Assembly: GCA_963674865.2 (NCBI GenBank)
Contig: CAXXYE010000001.1
Location: 352,001-416,000, forward strand
Source of the DNA: Candidatus Hydrogenedentota bacterium
GTDB taxonomy: Bacteria > Hydrogenedentota > Hydrogenedentia > Hydrogenedentales > SLHB01
Reading direction: 5' to 3'
DNA: 64,000 nucleotides
Part shown: positions 18,528-28,944 of the stretch, in pieces
Position numbering within the stretch: the stretch's first letter is position 1
Layout: the number at the start of each line of letters is the position of its first letter
Position numbers and translations under genes: made by a program
Notes under the pieces: model-generated
Told to the model about the DNA's origin: nothing
The model's input: the letters and a program-made list of their open reading frames with translations, nothing else
Database searches by the model: none

Positions 18528-21500
18528 ATGAGCCAATCCGACACGGTGCCCATGGCGCGCTGGACCGCCTCTCGCGACGCCGACGCCTTCCAGGAGCTTG
18601 TCGTCCGCCACGTGCGGATGGTTTACGGCACCGCCCTGCGCATTCTAGGCAACGCCGCGTCGGCGGAGGAGGTCGTCCAGGAATGTTTCCTCGAGTTGGC
18701 TCAGCGCCCCGGGCGCATTCGGCATACCGTTGGCGGCTGGCTCCATGGCGTAGCTGTCCGAAAGAGCCTTTCTCGCCTGCGGGCGGACGGGCGCCGGCTG
18801 CGCCGCGAGCAGGCCTATGCCTCGCAGCGTTTGGAAGCGTGTGCGCCGGACTGGGACGACATTCGCCCGCATGTTGACGAGGCGGTCGCGGAACTGCCCC
18901 CGGAACTGCGCGACGTCATTCTCCTCCGGTTCTTCGAGGGGCTGAAACACACCGAAATTGCGCGACGCCTCGATGTTGCCGAAGCCACGGTGCGCTACCG
19001 CATCGACAGAGCGCTCGAAAAGCTGCGGAAGTCCCTCGCCAGAAGAGGTGTGTCCGCAAGCGCGGGCGTCATCGGAGGACTTCTCGGCGCCCATGCCGCC
19101 GAGGCGTCGGCGCCGGCGTTATTGGTGGCATCTCTCGGCAAGAACGTGTTGGCCCATGCCGCCTCGGCAGCACCCGTCGTTTGCCTGGGGACATGGCTTG
19201 CCGCCGGTGCTGTGGTGAAATGGGCCGCGGCGGCCGTCGTCTGTCTGGTAGCCGCCCTATCCATCTACACCATGGCGGGCGACAGAGCTGCTCCGCCCTC
19301 TGGCTCCGGCCAGGACGTGACGCGCGGTGACGCCCGCGAGGGCGCGGACGAAAACGCCAAGGAGGCGGTGACGGAGTCGAGGACTGACGATGGACGCAGC
19401 GCCGGTGCGCCCAAACTCGCCGAGGCGGTTTCCGACGAGACTGGCGACAGCGAGCCACAGGCCGGCCAGGGGCGCATCACCGGCCGCGTCATCCGCGCCG
19501 ACAACGGCCAGCCGGTGGCCGATTTCAGGATGCGCGTCCAGTGTTACCACGGTGTTTCTCCCCACGGCAATCACGATTTTCTCTGTTGGACCACCACGGA
19601 CGCGGAGGGGCGCTTCCAAATCGATGCTCCGGAGGCCACATACTACTGGTTTCTCACCGCCGACGACGTCTTGGCCCCCGTCAATCCAGAGGATTGCTAT
19701 ATCGAGTTGAAGGAGCTTGGCGAGGTCCGCGACATTGTCATCAAGGTGACTAAAGGCGCCGTCGTGACGGGGCGAGTCTTCGATAGCGATACGGAAAAGG
19801 GCCTTCCCGGAATCAAGGTTGTATGGGCCGGCGTCCGCCTGAGCGTCGAGACGGATGAACGCGGGCACTACCGCATAGGAGGGCTCCGGCCAGGCCGCCA
19901 CGCCATCGGACTGAGTGATACCGGCGAATACGTCAACAACGCGATCCAAGGCTCGAACGCACCGCTCATCGAAGTCGAGTGCGGCAAGGCCTACACGCTT
20001 GATTTTCGCCTTGTGAAGGGCCTCCGCCCGCGCGGCCGCGTGCTCGACGCCGCCCACCAGCCTATCGAAGGCGCCTGGGTGTACATCGAAGATGCGGGAG
20101 CTCGTGGCAAGTACTCGTATACCTACGTACACACCGATGCCGAGGGCCGTTTCCTGCTGTCGAGCCAGCGCGCCGGCGTCCCGCTCACCCTACGCATCAG
20201 CCCGCCGCAAGAGCCGACGAACGCATACGGCTACGTATACCATTGCGAGGAAGTCGATCTTGCCGGATGGCGAAACGAGCGCGTCTTCATCCTACAGGAC
20301 GCGTCCAGTGTAAACGGCCGCGTCGTTAACGTCGCCACGGGCAGTCCTGTGACGGAGTTCGAGGTGGCCCATGGAGGCGGCGACCGCACGCTGGATGAAA
20401 CCATGCTGAACATCTTTGTCCCCCACCAGGACGATCAGGGGCGGTTCACATTGAAGAATATCCAGATTGGAGAGACCACCATCTTCGTTAGAGCGGAAGG
20501 CTGCGCCGCCGCTCGTAAGGTTGTTTCCTTCGATAGAACCAGCCAGACCATCCAGATCGAGATTCCATTGGAGGGCGGCTGCGTCGTCGAAGGTGTGGCC
20601 CTCGACGCCGCCGGCGATCCCGTGCCTCGCAGCGGCGTGTTTGTTGACGACCTGCCCGCAGGTTCCGCGCGTTCCCATCGCTACGCCCCGGTCAAGGCCG
20701 ACGACAACGGCCGCTTCCGTATTGATGGCCTCATGGCCGGTGCGCACGTGTTTCACGTCGTCAAAGACGGCTTCCGCCCATCGAGCGTGGAGACGACGCT
20801 CGATGAGGGAGAGACCGCAATCCTGGAATTCATCTTGAAGGAGGGCGGTGTCGTCGCGGGACACGTCACCCTTGACGGCCAACCGGCCGCGGGCGCCCGT
20901 GTCTCCGCTGAGGCCGATGACAGGAGCTTCGCTGATACCACGGGAGAGGACGGCGCCTACCGCATCTCAGGCATGATCGATTGCACAACGGAAGTTCGCG
21001 CTTCACTCAAGATAGGCGAGCGCGGCCTCGTCCTGCATCGCACGGCGGAAATCGCCGACGGCATGACCACTACCGTCGACTTCGACTTCTCCTCACTCGC
21101 CGCCGTGATTGAAGGAACGGTCCGCGTCAATGGCCAGGCGCCGCGGGACACGGCATGGATAGTCGGCGTCTCGGACGGGGGCGCCAAGTTTCATACCGAG
21201 GTCGAGAACGGTGCGTACCGAATCGAAGATGTGCCTGTCGGGGCGATCAATCTGCACGCCACTTTCCACGGCGACGGAATGCACGGCCGCAGCTTTCACA
21301 AGGTTGTCGAGACCGCCGACAGCATGATCTCCAGGTGCGATTTCGATATCGACCTCTCTCAGAGCGCCACGTTGCGGGGGAAGATCTCCGGCTTCAATAT
21401 CGAACGGAGCAACTACATGGTGCTCGAAGGGCGTGTCGAGGCCGGCGGGCTGGACGAGCTAGAGGCGATGTTGAGCCCATCTGGCCTCGGTGTGGCTATC

Positions 21501-21674
21501 GTCGCCGCCGAACAGCGCATCGCCCCCGATGGGAGTTTCGAGTTCCCCGGACTCTTGCCCGGCGTCTACACCATCCTGACCGTTGGTGAAGGCGCGGACG
21601 GGGAAATCCAGTACATCCTCCGAACCTTCGAGATCGGCAAAGAAGATGTCACCCTCGACATGCGCGCCGATTGA
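18528..21674 (+). CDS. ECF sigma factor fused to a TM helix and multiple carboxypeptidase-regulatory-like beta-sandwich domains
   Basis: Sigma region 2 (AFQELVVRH...AEEVVQECFL) and region 4 (LRFFEGLKHTEIARRL), one TM segment, and repeated ITGRV...G.PV / TD.EGRF units. Confidence 0.85.
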   Translation: MSQSDTVPMARWTASRDADAFQELVVRHVRMVYGTALRILGNAASAEEVVQECFLELAQRPGRIRHTVGGWLHGVAVRKSLSRLRADGRRLRREQAYASQRLEACAPDWDDIRPHVDEAVAELPPELRDVILLRFFEGLKHTEIARRLDVAEATVRYRIDRALEKLRKSLARRGVSASAGVIGGLLGAHAAEASAPALLVASLGKNVLAHAASAAPVVCLGTWLAAGAVVKWAAAAVVCLVAALSIYTMAGDRAAPPSGSGQDVTRGDAREGADENAKEAVTESRTDDGRSAGAPKLAEAVSDETGDSEPQAGQGRITGRVIRADNGQPVADFRMRVQCYHGVSPHGNHDFLCWTTTDAEGRFQIDAPEATYYWFLTADDVLAPVNPEDCYIELKELGEVRDIVIKVTKGAVVTGRVFDSDTEKGLPGIKVVWAGVRLSVETDERGHYRIGGLRPGRHAIGLSDTGEYVNNAIQGSNAPLIEVECGKAYTLDFRLVKGLRPRGRVLDAAHQPIEGAWVYIEDAGARGKYSYTYVHTDAEGRFLLSSQRAGVPLTLRISPPQEPTNAYGYVYHCEEVDLAGWRNERVFILQDASSVNGRVVNVATGSPVTEFEVAHGGGDRTLDETMLNIFVPHQDDQGRFTLKNIQIGETTIFVRAEGCAAARKVVSFDRTSQTIQIEIPLEGGCVVEGVALDAAGDPVPRSGVFVDDLPAGSARSHRYAPVKADDNGRFRIDGLMAGAHVFHVVKDGFRPSSVETTLDEGETAILEFILKEGGVVAGHVTLDGQPAAGARVSAEADDRSFADTTGEDGAYRISGMIDCTTEVRASLKIGERGLVLHRTAEIADGMTTTVDFDFSSLAAVIEGTVRVNGQAPRDTAWIVGVSDGGAKFHTEVENGAYRIEDVPVGAINLHATFHGDGMHGRSFHKVVETADSMISRCDFDIDLSQSATLRGKISGFNIERSNYMVLEGRVEAGGLDELEAMLSPSGLGVAIVAAEQRIAPDGSFEFPGLLPGVYTILTVGEGADGEIQYILRTFEIGKEDVTLDMRAD

Positions 21675-22097
21675 CATCCCATGTTCCCAACACCCCGCCG
21701 TTGTTGGCGCGCGAGAACTCCACCGGCGGCTCACTGCCCACGCCAGTCAACGTCATCATCCCCACGTACTCCAGTTAGGGAGCGCGTCACAGCGGCTCTT
21801 GATCAGTGTCCATCTGCGTTCATCTGTGGCAAGAACGAGGATTACTCCCCGTTCGCTCCGCTCATGCGAAAGATGATTCATTGTTTCCATGGCCGCCTCT
21901 TGGCGGTCGCCACGGCTCTGCCGCGACGGCACGCGACGGCGTTCCTACGCCCGATTCTGTAAATCTTGTTCATCCTGTCAAATAGGGATCTTCCGTCTTC
22001 TCCTCCCAGCCACCGGCCTTGCCGCTGGCCACGGACTTTGCATTACTCCCCGCGGTTGCCGATAATCGGATCAGCGTCAACGTGGAGGGCGAGGGAT

Positions 22098-23600
22098 ATG
22101 CCGCCTGCCGACACAGATACGCAGCACCCGAACATCTTGCTGATCCACGCGGATCAGCACCGGTTTGACTGCCTCGGCGCATATGGCCACCCGGACATCC
22201 GTACGCCGAACATCGACGCTCTAGCCGCCGACGGCGTGCGATACGAAAACAGTTTCTGTCCCTTTCCTGTGTGCACGCCTTCTCGGTACTCGCTGCTATC
22301 CGGCCAATACGTGCATCAGCACCGCGGCTGGGACAACCACTGCACCTTTCCACCAGGCACGGAAACCTTTCCCGCGATTCTCAAGCAGGCGGGATACAAG
22401 ACGGCCGCTGTCGGCAAGATGCATTTCACGCCCACGTACCTTGACGTAGGCTTCGACGAGATGGTTCTGGCGGAACAGGACGGCCCCGGCCGCTGGGATG
22501 ACGACTATCACCGCCAACTGCGCGTCATGGGCCTTGCGGACGTGAACGACCTCGAGGATCAGCGCCGTGAGTACCGCGAACGCGCCCGGCAGGAGTACTG
22601 GGACAGCCGAAGCGCTTTGCCTTCGAATCTTCCCCTTGAGTGGCACACGACGGCCTGGACTGGGCGGCGCGCTATCGAGGCGCTCGAGCAATGGGATGAG
22701 TCGAGCAACCTGCTCATGGTGGGATTCATCAAGCCGCACCATCCCTTCGACCCTCCCAAGGAATGGGCCGACGCGTACGATCCGGAGAGCTTGCATCTGC
22801 CCCCCGACTGGACCGAATCATGCTTCCCGCGCGATCTGGCCCTCAGCAAAGGCCATTTCCCGCACAACACGCTGACGGAGGAAGATTTCCGCCGCATTCT
22901 CGCCGCCTATTATGCCAACATCACGTTCATTGACCGGCAGGTGAACCTGATGATCGACGCGCTTGAGCGCAAGGGCCTGTACGACAACGCGCTCATTATC
23001 TTCACGAGCGACCACGGAGATTACATGGGCTGCCACCACATGGTTGGCAAGATGAACTACATGTATGATCCGGTGATCAAGGTGCCGCTGATTGTGAAGT
23101 ATCCCGGGGGACGCGACGCCGGGAGCGTATCGGACGCGCTGGTGAGCAACATCGACCTAACGACGACCCTGCTTGCCCAAGCGCACTGCGCCCCCGCGGC
23201 GGCCATGAAAGGCCTTGATCTCGCGCAAGATACGGCGGGGAGGGAACTCGTCTTCGCCGAAAGCCATGGCGGCGCTCAGGTTATGGCTCGTTCGAAGACA
23301 AGGAAGCTCATTCGCCACGCGGGACACGACGTTGCCTTCTTCTGTGACCTCGAGAAGGATCCCTACGAGCAGGTGAATTGTCACGGAGAGCCCGCCTATC
23401 AGGACGAGGTTCGTGCATTGACGAGGGCGCTCGACGAATGGCGCGACGCTGCTAGCCTTCCCAACAAGTATCTCGACGAAGACGCCCCGGTTATTGGCAA
23501 AACGAACGTCCCTCTGCGCCACGACAGCCACCGCGACGAGATCAGCGCCTATTACCGAGAGAAAATGGCCGCCGCCGGGGCCGCAAACCGTCCCGGCTAA
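22098..23600 (+). CDS. Sulfatase (formylglycine-dependent, choline-sulfatase-like)
   Basis: PNILLIHADQHR, CTPSR, GKMH, KPHHPF and TSDHG. Confidence 0.92.
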   Translation: MPPADTDTQHPNILLIHADQHRFDCLGAYGHPDIRTPNIDALAADGVRYENSFCPFPVCTPSRYSLLSGQYVHQHRGWDNHCTFPPGTETFPAILKQAGYKTAAVGKMHFTPTYLDVGFDEMVLAEQDGPGRWDDDYHRQLRVMGLADVNDLEDQRREYRERARQEYWDSRSALPSNLPLEWHTTAWTGRRAIEALEQWDESSNLLMVGFIKPHHPFDPPKEWADAYDPESLHLPPDWTESCFPRDLALSKGHFPHNTLTEEDFRRILAAYYANITFIDRQVNLMIDALERKGLYDNALIIFTSDHGDYMGCHHMVGKMNYMYDPVIKVPLIVKYPGGRDAGSVSDALVSNIDLTTTLLAQAHCAPAAAMKGLDLAQDTAGRELVFAESHGGAQVMARSKTRKLIRHAGHDVAFFCDLEKDPYEQVNCHGEPAYQDEVRALTRALDEWRDAASLPNKYLDEDAPVIGKTNVPLRHDSHRDEISAYYREKMAAAGAANRPG

Positions 23601-24619
23601 CCGGCCAGAAGACCTGCCACCCGCTCCAGTTCGCCCTCGGCGTCGGTGACGAGTTCCGTCATGATGTCGGCGAGAGGTTTGACCTCGCCCGCGAGCCCGA
23701 CGCTTTGCCCGGCCATAAGCGAGCCCCGCTGCATGTCGCCGTCCTGAACGGCCCGCCGGAGCGCGCCGACCCAGAAGTTCTCGACCTCGTACATGGCGTC
23801 CAGCCGGCGCACCTCCTTGGTGTCGAGTTTTCGGATGAGTTCGAGCTGAAGGGCCTTGAACTCCTCCATGCCCTCATTCTTGAGCGCCCGCACGGGAATC
23901 ACGGGCAGGCGGGAGTCGAAGGAAGGTGTGGCGACGGCGTCGCGCGCGCGGGCCTTGCGGAAAGCTTCCTTGAAGTTGGCGTGAACGTTGCATTCCTGTG
24001 ACATAACGAAGCGCGTGGCCAGTTGCACGCCCGCCGCGCCCATGAGCATGAGGTGGGCGATCATGCTGCCCGTCGCGATGCCGCCCGCCACGAAGACGGG
24101 CACCGAGCCGCGTACCTTGAACAACACTTCCTGGAGGAGGACCAGGCTCGATATGGGGCCGATGTGGCCGCCGGCCTCGTAGCCTTCCAGGATGATCGCG
24201 TCGATTCCGAGGCCGACCATACGAGTCGCCACCGCCTCCGTGGGGGCAAAACACAACGTCTTGGCCCCCGCATCCTTCGCCTTTCGGACGGATGCGCCGT
24301 CCGGAAGAACGCCGGCGAAGACGACGTATGGGCAGGCCATTTCAGAGACAATGTCGAGGTGCTTGCGCGAATTGGGCGCCACCGTGATCAGGTTGACGCC
24401 AAAGGGCTTATCAATCAGCTCGCGCGTCTTCAGGATCTCGGCCTCGAGGCGTTCCGGCGGGAGGTTTCCCGCCGCAAGCAAGCCGAAGCCTCCGGCCTTC
24501 GTCACGGCTGCCACAAGATCGGCGTCGCTTATCCATGTCATGGCGCCGCAGATGATGGGGTGATCCACGCCCAGGAACGCTTTGCCTTGTTGGGCGAATT
24601 TCTCGAATCGGGGATACAT
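23597..24619 (-). CDS. FabK-like enoyl-ACP reductase / nitronate monooxygenase family flavoprotein
   Basis: PIICGAMTW, KPFGVNL, EGYEAGGHIG, AGGIATG and GSLMAGQSVGL. Confidence 0.85.
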   Translation of the reverse strand: MYPRFEKFAQQGKAFLGVDHPIICGAMTWISDADLVAAVTKAGGFGLLAAGNLPPERLEAEILKTRELIDKPFGVNLITVAPNSRKHLDIVSEMACPYVVFAGVLPDGASVRKAKDAGAKTLCFAPTEAVATRMVGLGIDAIILEGYEAGGHIGPISSLVLLQEVLFKVRGSVPVFVAGGIATGSMIAHLMLMGAAGVQLATRFVMSQECNVHANFKEAFRKARARDAVATPSFDSRLPVIPVRALKNEGMEEFKALQLELIRKLDTKEVRRLDAMYEVENFWVGALRRAVQDGDMQRGSLMAGQSVGLAGEVKPLADIMTELVTDAEGELERVAGLLAG

Positions 24620-24791
24620 AAGCGGCTCCTTGCACGCGGCCTATCTGCTCATACTGGAAAACGGGAAATATGGAGCCCATTCTACCAAAAAAACGCAGCA
24701 CAAGGCCGAAATCCGGGCCAAAAGGGACAAAAAAGGAGACTGTGCCCCGTGGCGGGTGTCGCCGCCGGGCGGAGCGCCTTGCCGATGTCTG

Positions 24792-25832
24792 CTACCCCTG
24801 ACGTTGGGCCAGCATCTCGTTGACTTTGGCCATAACAGCAAAAGCGTCAGCCACATACAGGACATCGGTCTTGCCGTGCGCCCAGCCGCAATTCGGGTCC
24901 ATGTTGACGGCGCGGCGCTCGTTGATGAAGCGCCAGCCGACCACGTGCGGCTCTTCGCCGTGGCAACACGTCGCGAGGCCCTTGGGATGCCGGGGCGTAG
25001 CGCCGGTTTGCCCCACCTGGTTGAGGTGCGTCATGAACGGCAAGACGGCCTCGCCCTCGGCGCTCTGATCCACCATGGACTTGCTGCCGCCCAGGGAGGC
25101 CTTTGAGCCGTGGAGGAAGCCCAGGATAAGCTTCTCAGCGTCCTTGACGTGCGCCTGACCGTCGGCCTGCTTTTTGGTCCAGCCCGCGCCCGCCACGAAG
25201 AGCACCTCCGCATCGGGGCGGATAGTCTGCTCATCAGTCGGGGGGGCCTGGATGCCGACGACGCTGGTACGCTTGGTGTTATCGTCCAGGACCACTTCCA
25301 CCGCTTCAACCGAGGGGCTGCCGGATTCGCCCTGCCAGGAAGGCTGGCTGCCGGGATCGACGAGGATGAACCAGGGGCGTTGCGCACGTTTGAGGACCAC
25401 CTCCATGCGCTGACGGTAGTACCACCGCGTCACGGCGGGGGCGCCGTCGGCCGCGGCCACTGCCGTGACGTGTGGATCAATCCGCCCGTCAAGGCGATGC
25501 GCGACGCCCGCCAGTGTTCTGGACCAGCGCGATGTGGCCGGGGCGACCACCACGGTGGCGTTCGCGGCGCGGCAAAGGGCTTCCGCTGCTGCGGCGTCCG
25601 TAGCGTACCGGGACGAGCCGAAGTTCTCCCCGGAAACGGCGAGGAACTTGGCCGCGCCACATCCGGCGATCTGATCGGCCGCAGCCTGTGTATCGGCGCC
25701 GACAAGCCCGACGGTCAGTTCGACCCCGCCCAGGGACGTCGCGAGGGAGGTCGCGCACCCCAGGGCTTCGAGGGCGGCGGCGGGAAGGGTTCCGTTAGAT
25801 TCGGTGTGAGCCAGAAAGAGGATCGATTCCAT
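24792..25832 (-). CDS. etfA: Electron transfer flavoprotein alpha subunit (divergent)
   Basis: AEVLFVAGAG, LGGSKSMVD, QVGQTG and AVNMDP...DVLYVAD. Confidence 0.8.
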   Translation of the reverse strand: MESILFLAHTESNGTLPAAALEALGCATSLATSLGGVELTVGLVGADTQAAADQIAGCGAAKFLAVSGENFGSSRYATDAAAAEALCRAANATVVVAPATSRWSRTLAGVAHRLDGRIDPHVTAVAAADGAPAVTRWYYRQRMEVVLKRAQRPWFILVDPGSQPSWQGESGSPSVEAVEVVLDDNTKRTSVVGIQAPPTDEQTIRPDAEVLFVAGAGWTKKQADGQAHVKDAEKLILGFLHGSKASLGGSKSMVDQSAEGEAVLPFMTHLNQVGQTGATPRHPKGLATCCHGEEPHVVGWRFINERRAVNMDPNCGWAHGKTDVLYVADAFAVMAKVNEMLAQRQG

Positions 25833-25850
25833 TTCGCTTCTTCCTATGAG

Positions 25851-26120
25851 CTAGGCCTGCTGGCCGGTGTTGCCTCTAAGTTTTAGAACGAACAGGATCG
25901 TAGCCGCGCTTAGATTGAGCGCGTTCACGAGGATAACGTGGATATTCTGGAGATGGATGCCGTAAATGAGCCAGGTGAGGGCGCTGAGTCCGGCAATAGC
26001 GCCCAAGCCTAAGGACAGGTCGCGTACTTGCCTGGTCCTTAGGGACTTCACGACCTGCGGCATGAGCTGGATCGAGCCGAAAATGACGCCTAGCGTTCCA
26101 ACGATGTTCCAGAAGTCCAC
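25851..26120 (-). CDS. SemiSWEET / PQ-loop family transporter
   Basis: 89 aa, three TM helices, LMPQVVKSLRTRQVRDLS, WLIYG and ILVN. Confidence 0.85.
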   Translation of the reverse strand: MDFWNIVGTLGVIFGSIQLMPQVVKSLRTRQVRDLSLGLGAIAGLSALTWLIYGIHLQNIHVILVNALNLSAATILFVLKLRGNTGQQA

Positions 26121-26152
26121 GGCTTGTCGCTCCTATCCGCGCGGGCCGCGCG

Positions 26153-26965
26153 TCAGTCCTGGGTGACCCATTCGACAATCTCTTGGGCGATGTCGTCCAC
26201 CGCCATATCCTTCTCGATGCGCGTATCGCGCTTCTGCTTGGGCAGTTCGACGCTGGCGAAGGTGAGTCCCTCGGCGGCGATAGGGGCCGCTTTGGCCCGC
26301 TGTAGAGCGGGCATGACGGTGCGCATATTCATCATGCCGACTTGGGGATTGTTGGGCGGCTCGGGCAGGTTGCCCGTGGCCCAGCCTAGCAGCGCCGGCG
26401 GCCCGGCGCACATGGACACCTGGTGTTTGCCGCCTTCGACACGCTCAAGGATGCGCAGGGAGCCGTCGTCCTCGGGCTTGAGTTCATCGACGCCCTGGAA
26501 CTGATCGAGAATGCCCAATCGCTCGCCCACCATCTGCATGGTAGCGCCCGCGCCGCGCGAGGCCGATTCCCAGCCGCCGAACAAGAGCAGCTTTGTCATG
26601 TCGAGCCCTTGGATACTCTCGATGGCCTCCGCGAGCGCCGCCGCCGCCTCGGACGCTTCCGTGAATCCGCTGGCGGGACCGTCGAGCGCTACAAGTTCAA
26701 ACGGCACCTTCTGGGCGATGGTCATCATGACCTGCTGCAGTTTGGCCTTCGGCGCGAGACTGACAAGCCAAATCTTGCTGTCGGGGGCGTTCTTAGCGAG
26801 ATGGGCCGCCTCGTAAAGGGCGTGGCCTGCCCACGGGTCGAGCACCGCGGGCAGCATCATCTCGTTACGAAGGGCCGGCCCGGACGGCCCCGTAACCGGT
26901 TCCAGCGTCTGCAAGGGGTCGGGTACGATCCCGCCGCAGACGACAATGTGGTAGCCGTTGCTCAT
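26153..26965 (-). CDS. etfB: Electron transfer flavoprotein beta subunit (divergent)
   Basis: IVVCGGIVPD, LDPW..HALYEA and LLLFGGWESAS..AGATMQMVGERLG. Start at ATG 26965 behind GGAGGAG; the ORF track's longer N-terminus overlaps ETF-QO out of frame. Confidence 0.78.
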   Translation of the reverse strand: MSNGYHIVVCGGIVPDPLQTLEPVTGPSGPALRNEMMLPAVLDPWAGHALYEAAHLAKNAPDSKIWLVSLAPKAKLQQVMMTIAQKVPFELVALDGPASGFTEASEAAAALAEAIESIQGLDMTKLLLFGGWESASRGAGATMQMVGERLGILDQFQGVDELKPEDDGSLRILERVEGGKHQVSMCAGPPALLGWATGNLPEPPNNPQVGMMNMRTVMPALQRAKAAPIAAEGLTFASVELPKQKRDTRIEKDMAVDDIAQEIVEWVTQD

Positions 26966-27051
26966 GAGAATTGCTCCTCCAAGTGGTCTTGCCTTTTCTT
27001 GAGTGATAGATATCGTTACGCGCCGTCGCCAGACGAGCGCAGTCAGTTGCG

Positions 27052-28938
27052 TCAGTTCTCGGCGGAGTGCAGGCCCCCGGCGCCCGCGCGGAATTCGATG
27101 TTGGTCTTCTCGGGATCGTCGGGATGCTTCTTCGAGCAGTTCCAGAGGCAGGCGCCGCAATGGACGCATTTCTCCCGGTCGAACAAGGGCACGCCCCCTT
27201 CGGGATTGGTGGTGATGGCTTGGCCGGAGCACAACTCGATGCAGATCTTCTCGCCGCACGATGCGCAGAGGTCGGGCGAGACGAATCGAACGTGGTCGGC
27301 ATAGCCGTCGGGCGCCTGCACCTTGCCGCCCAGGAGGAGGGCGTCTTGATGGGAGATGAGCAGCTTGCCGTCCCTGGGGATCTCCGGCCAGCCGCACCGC
27401 GTCATCAGGGCGTCGTGCAGCGAGTCGCCCTTGGTGGTGCATTCCTTCCGGATCGCCTCGATCGCGCCCGGCGCGATGCGGCCCTTGTAGTAGTCCTCGA
27501 AAGTGGGGACGCGCTCGGGAGGCGGCACGGCCCTGCCGGGCACGTGGAGCAGGCCCTTCGTCATGCCCGCGAGTCCCATGCCGATCATCCCCGCAATGAA
27601 GCTCCGATTGAAGCCGTCGCGAGATTTCTCCGCGATCTTGGCCTCTTCCTCGACCCAGCTCTCGCGGCGCCGGTTTACGTACGCCGCGTCGAGGTTCTCT
27701 TTGGTGAAGGTTTTGCCGGCTCGGAGCAACTCGAGCACGCCCTCGGCGAGAAGCGCGCCCGTGGTCCATGCTTCGTCCACGCCGGAGCCCTTGAGCACAT
27801 TCGTGCTGCCTGAGCCTTCGCCAATGCGCGCATAGCCGTCCCCGGCAAGGTGCGGCTCGCCGCGCCTTCCCGCCTCCTGGAGGGATTTGGCCCCCCACGA
27901 GCGCAGAGAGCCGCCTTCGAGATAGCGCCAGAGGTACGGGTGCATCATCCAGTGTTGCAGAAGGCGGTAGGAGGTCCGGACAGGACAGTCGTACCAGGAT
28001 GGCACGAAGATGCCCAGCGAGGCGACGTTGTCTGGATACACGTACATGAATCCGAAGATCTCAGGTTCGGGATATCCAAATGTGTGGAGCACCGTGCCGG
28101 GCTTGAGGTCGCAGCCTTCGGGGAGGTCAACGACCATCTTCATGCCCACGGCCCAGTCACGGCGATGATGGCCCTCCGGCAGGCCGAACCTCTCGTCCAG
28201 GGCGCGGCCGACGGGCCCGACGGGGCCATCGCCGATGACGGTGAGCGCTGCGTGAATATCCATGCCGGGCATGAAACCGGCCGCGGGATTGCCGTCCTTG
28301 TCGGTGCCTTGGTCGGCCAGGCGTACGCCGGTGACTTTGCTGTCTTCAACAAGCGGTTCGGCGACGGGCGTCCCGGGCCAGATCTGGACGGCGCCGGACA
28401 TCATGAGTTGCGAGCCGACCCATTGGTTCAACTGGCCGATGCTGAAGAGCATGCCGCCTTCCTTGCGCAAGAACGGCGGCGTGTAGGGCAGTTTCATGGC
28501 GTGATGCTCGCAGGGCAGCATCCATTTGAAGGTTCGGATCGCCGCGTCGGCCATGCGCATAAGAAAGGGCCTGCGGCTGGCGCCCACGGGGTCGAGCAAG
28601 TAGAGAACGCGCTCCTCGGTGACGGGCGTGGACAGGGGAACCTGGCCCGGGTCGAAGTCGGGGAAAGATTCCCGGATGCCACGCGCCTCGGTGACTACGC
28701 CGGACACGCCAAAACCGATGTCGTCGGCCCGCTCGTAGCACAGCACCTGGAGGGGCATGCCCGGCATAACCGTGCTCTCGATGGCCGGCGTGCCGTCTTC
28801 ATTCACGAGTTGGCGCGACAAGGTCGTCAGGAATCCCGCCGTCGCCGGGCCGAATCCGACGCAGACGAGATCAACGTCCATACTCTGGCGCGCGATTTCC
28901 GGTTGTTCTTGCGGGGCGGCTGCCACGTCTTTTCTCAC
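27052..28938 (-). CDS. ETF:quinone oxidoreductase (FixC-FixX-like) with a C-terminal 4Fe-4S domain
   Basis: VCVGFGPA FAD motif, GVRLADQG.DKDG, WGAKSL, IGEGSG, and C-terminal CASC...CIELC...EKCVHCGACLWNC...GGL. Confidence 0.85.
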   Translation of the reverse strand: MRKDVAAAPQEQPEIARQSMDVDLVCVGFGPATAGFLTTLSRQLVNEDGTPAIESTVMPGMPLQVLCYERADDIGFGVSGVVTEARGIRESFPDFDPGQVPLSTPVTEERVLYLLDPVGASRRPFLMRMADAAIRTFKWMLPCEHHAMKLPYTPPFLRKEGGMLFSIGQLNQWVGSQLMMSGAVQIWPGTPVAEPLVEDSKVTGVRLADQGTDKDGNPAAGFMPGMDIHAALTVIGDGPVGPVGRALDERFGLPEGHHRRDWAVGMKMVVDLPEGCDLKPGTVLHTFGYPEPEIFGFMYVYPDNVASLGIFVPSWYDCPVRTSYRLLQHWMMHPYLWRYLEGGSLRSWGAKSLQEAGRRGEPHLAGDGYARIGEGSGSTNVLKGSGVDEAWTTGALLAEGVLELLRAGKTFTKENLDAAYVNRRRESWVEEEAKIAEKSRDGFNRSFIAGMIGMGLAGMTKGLLHVPGRAVPPPERVPTFEDYYKGRIAPGAIEAIRKECTTKGDSLHDALMTRCGWPEIPRDGKLLISHQDALLLGGKVQAPDGYADHVRFVSPDLCASCGEKICIELCSGQAITTNPEGGVPLFDREKCVHCGACLWNCSKKHPDDPEKTNIEFRAGAGGLHSAEN

Positions 28939-28944
28939 CTCACG

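Noticed and set aside
21802..21829. Degenerate 10-bp-period repeat ATCAGTGTCC-ATCTGCGTTC-ATCTGTGG
   Set aside because: It resembles a dispersed intergenic repeat type, but it is a single short copy with no associated gene here.
26966..27898. 581-aa ORF suggesting a long N-terminal extension on EtfB
   Set aside because: The extension is an Arg/Gly-rich out-of-frame shadow of ETF-QO. A good RBS precedes ATG 26965.
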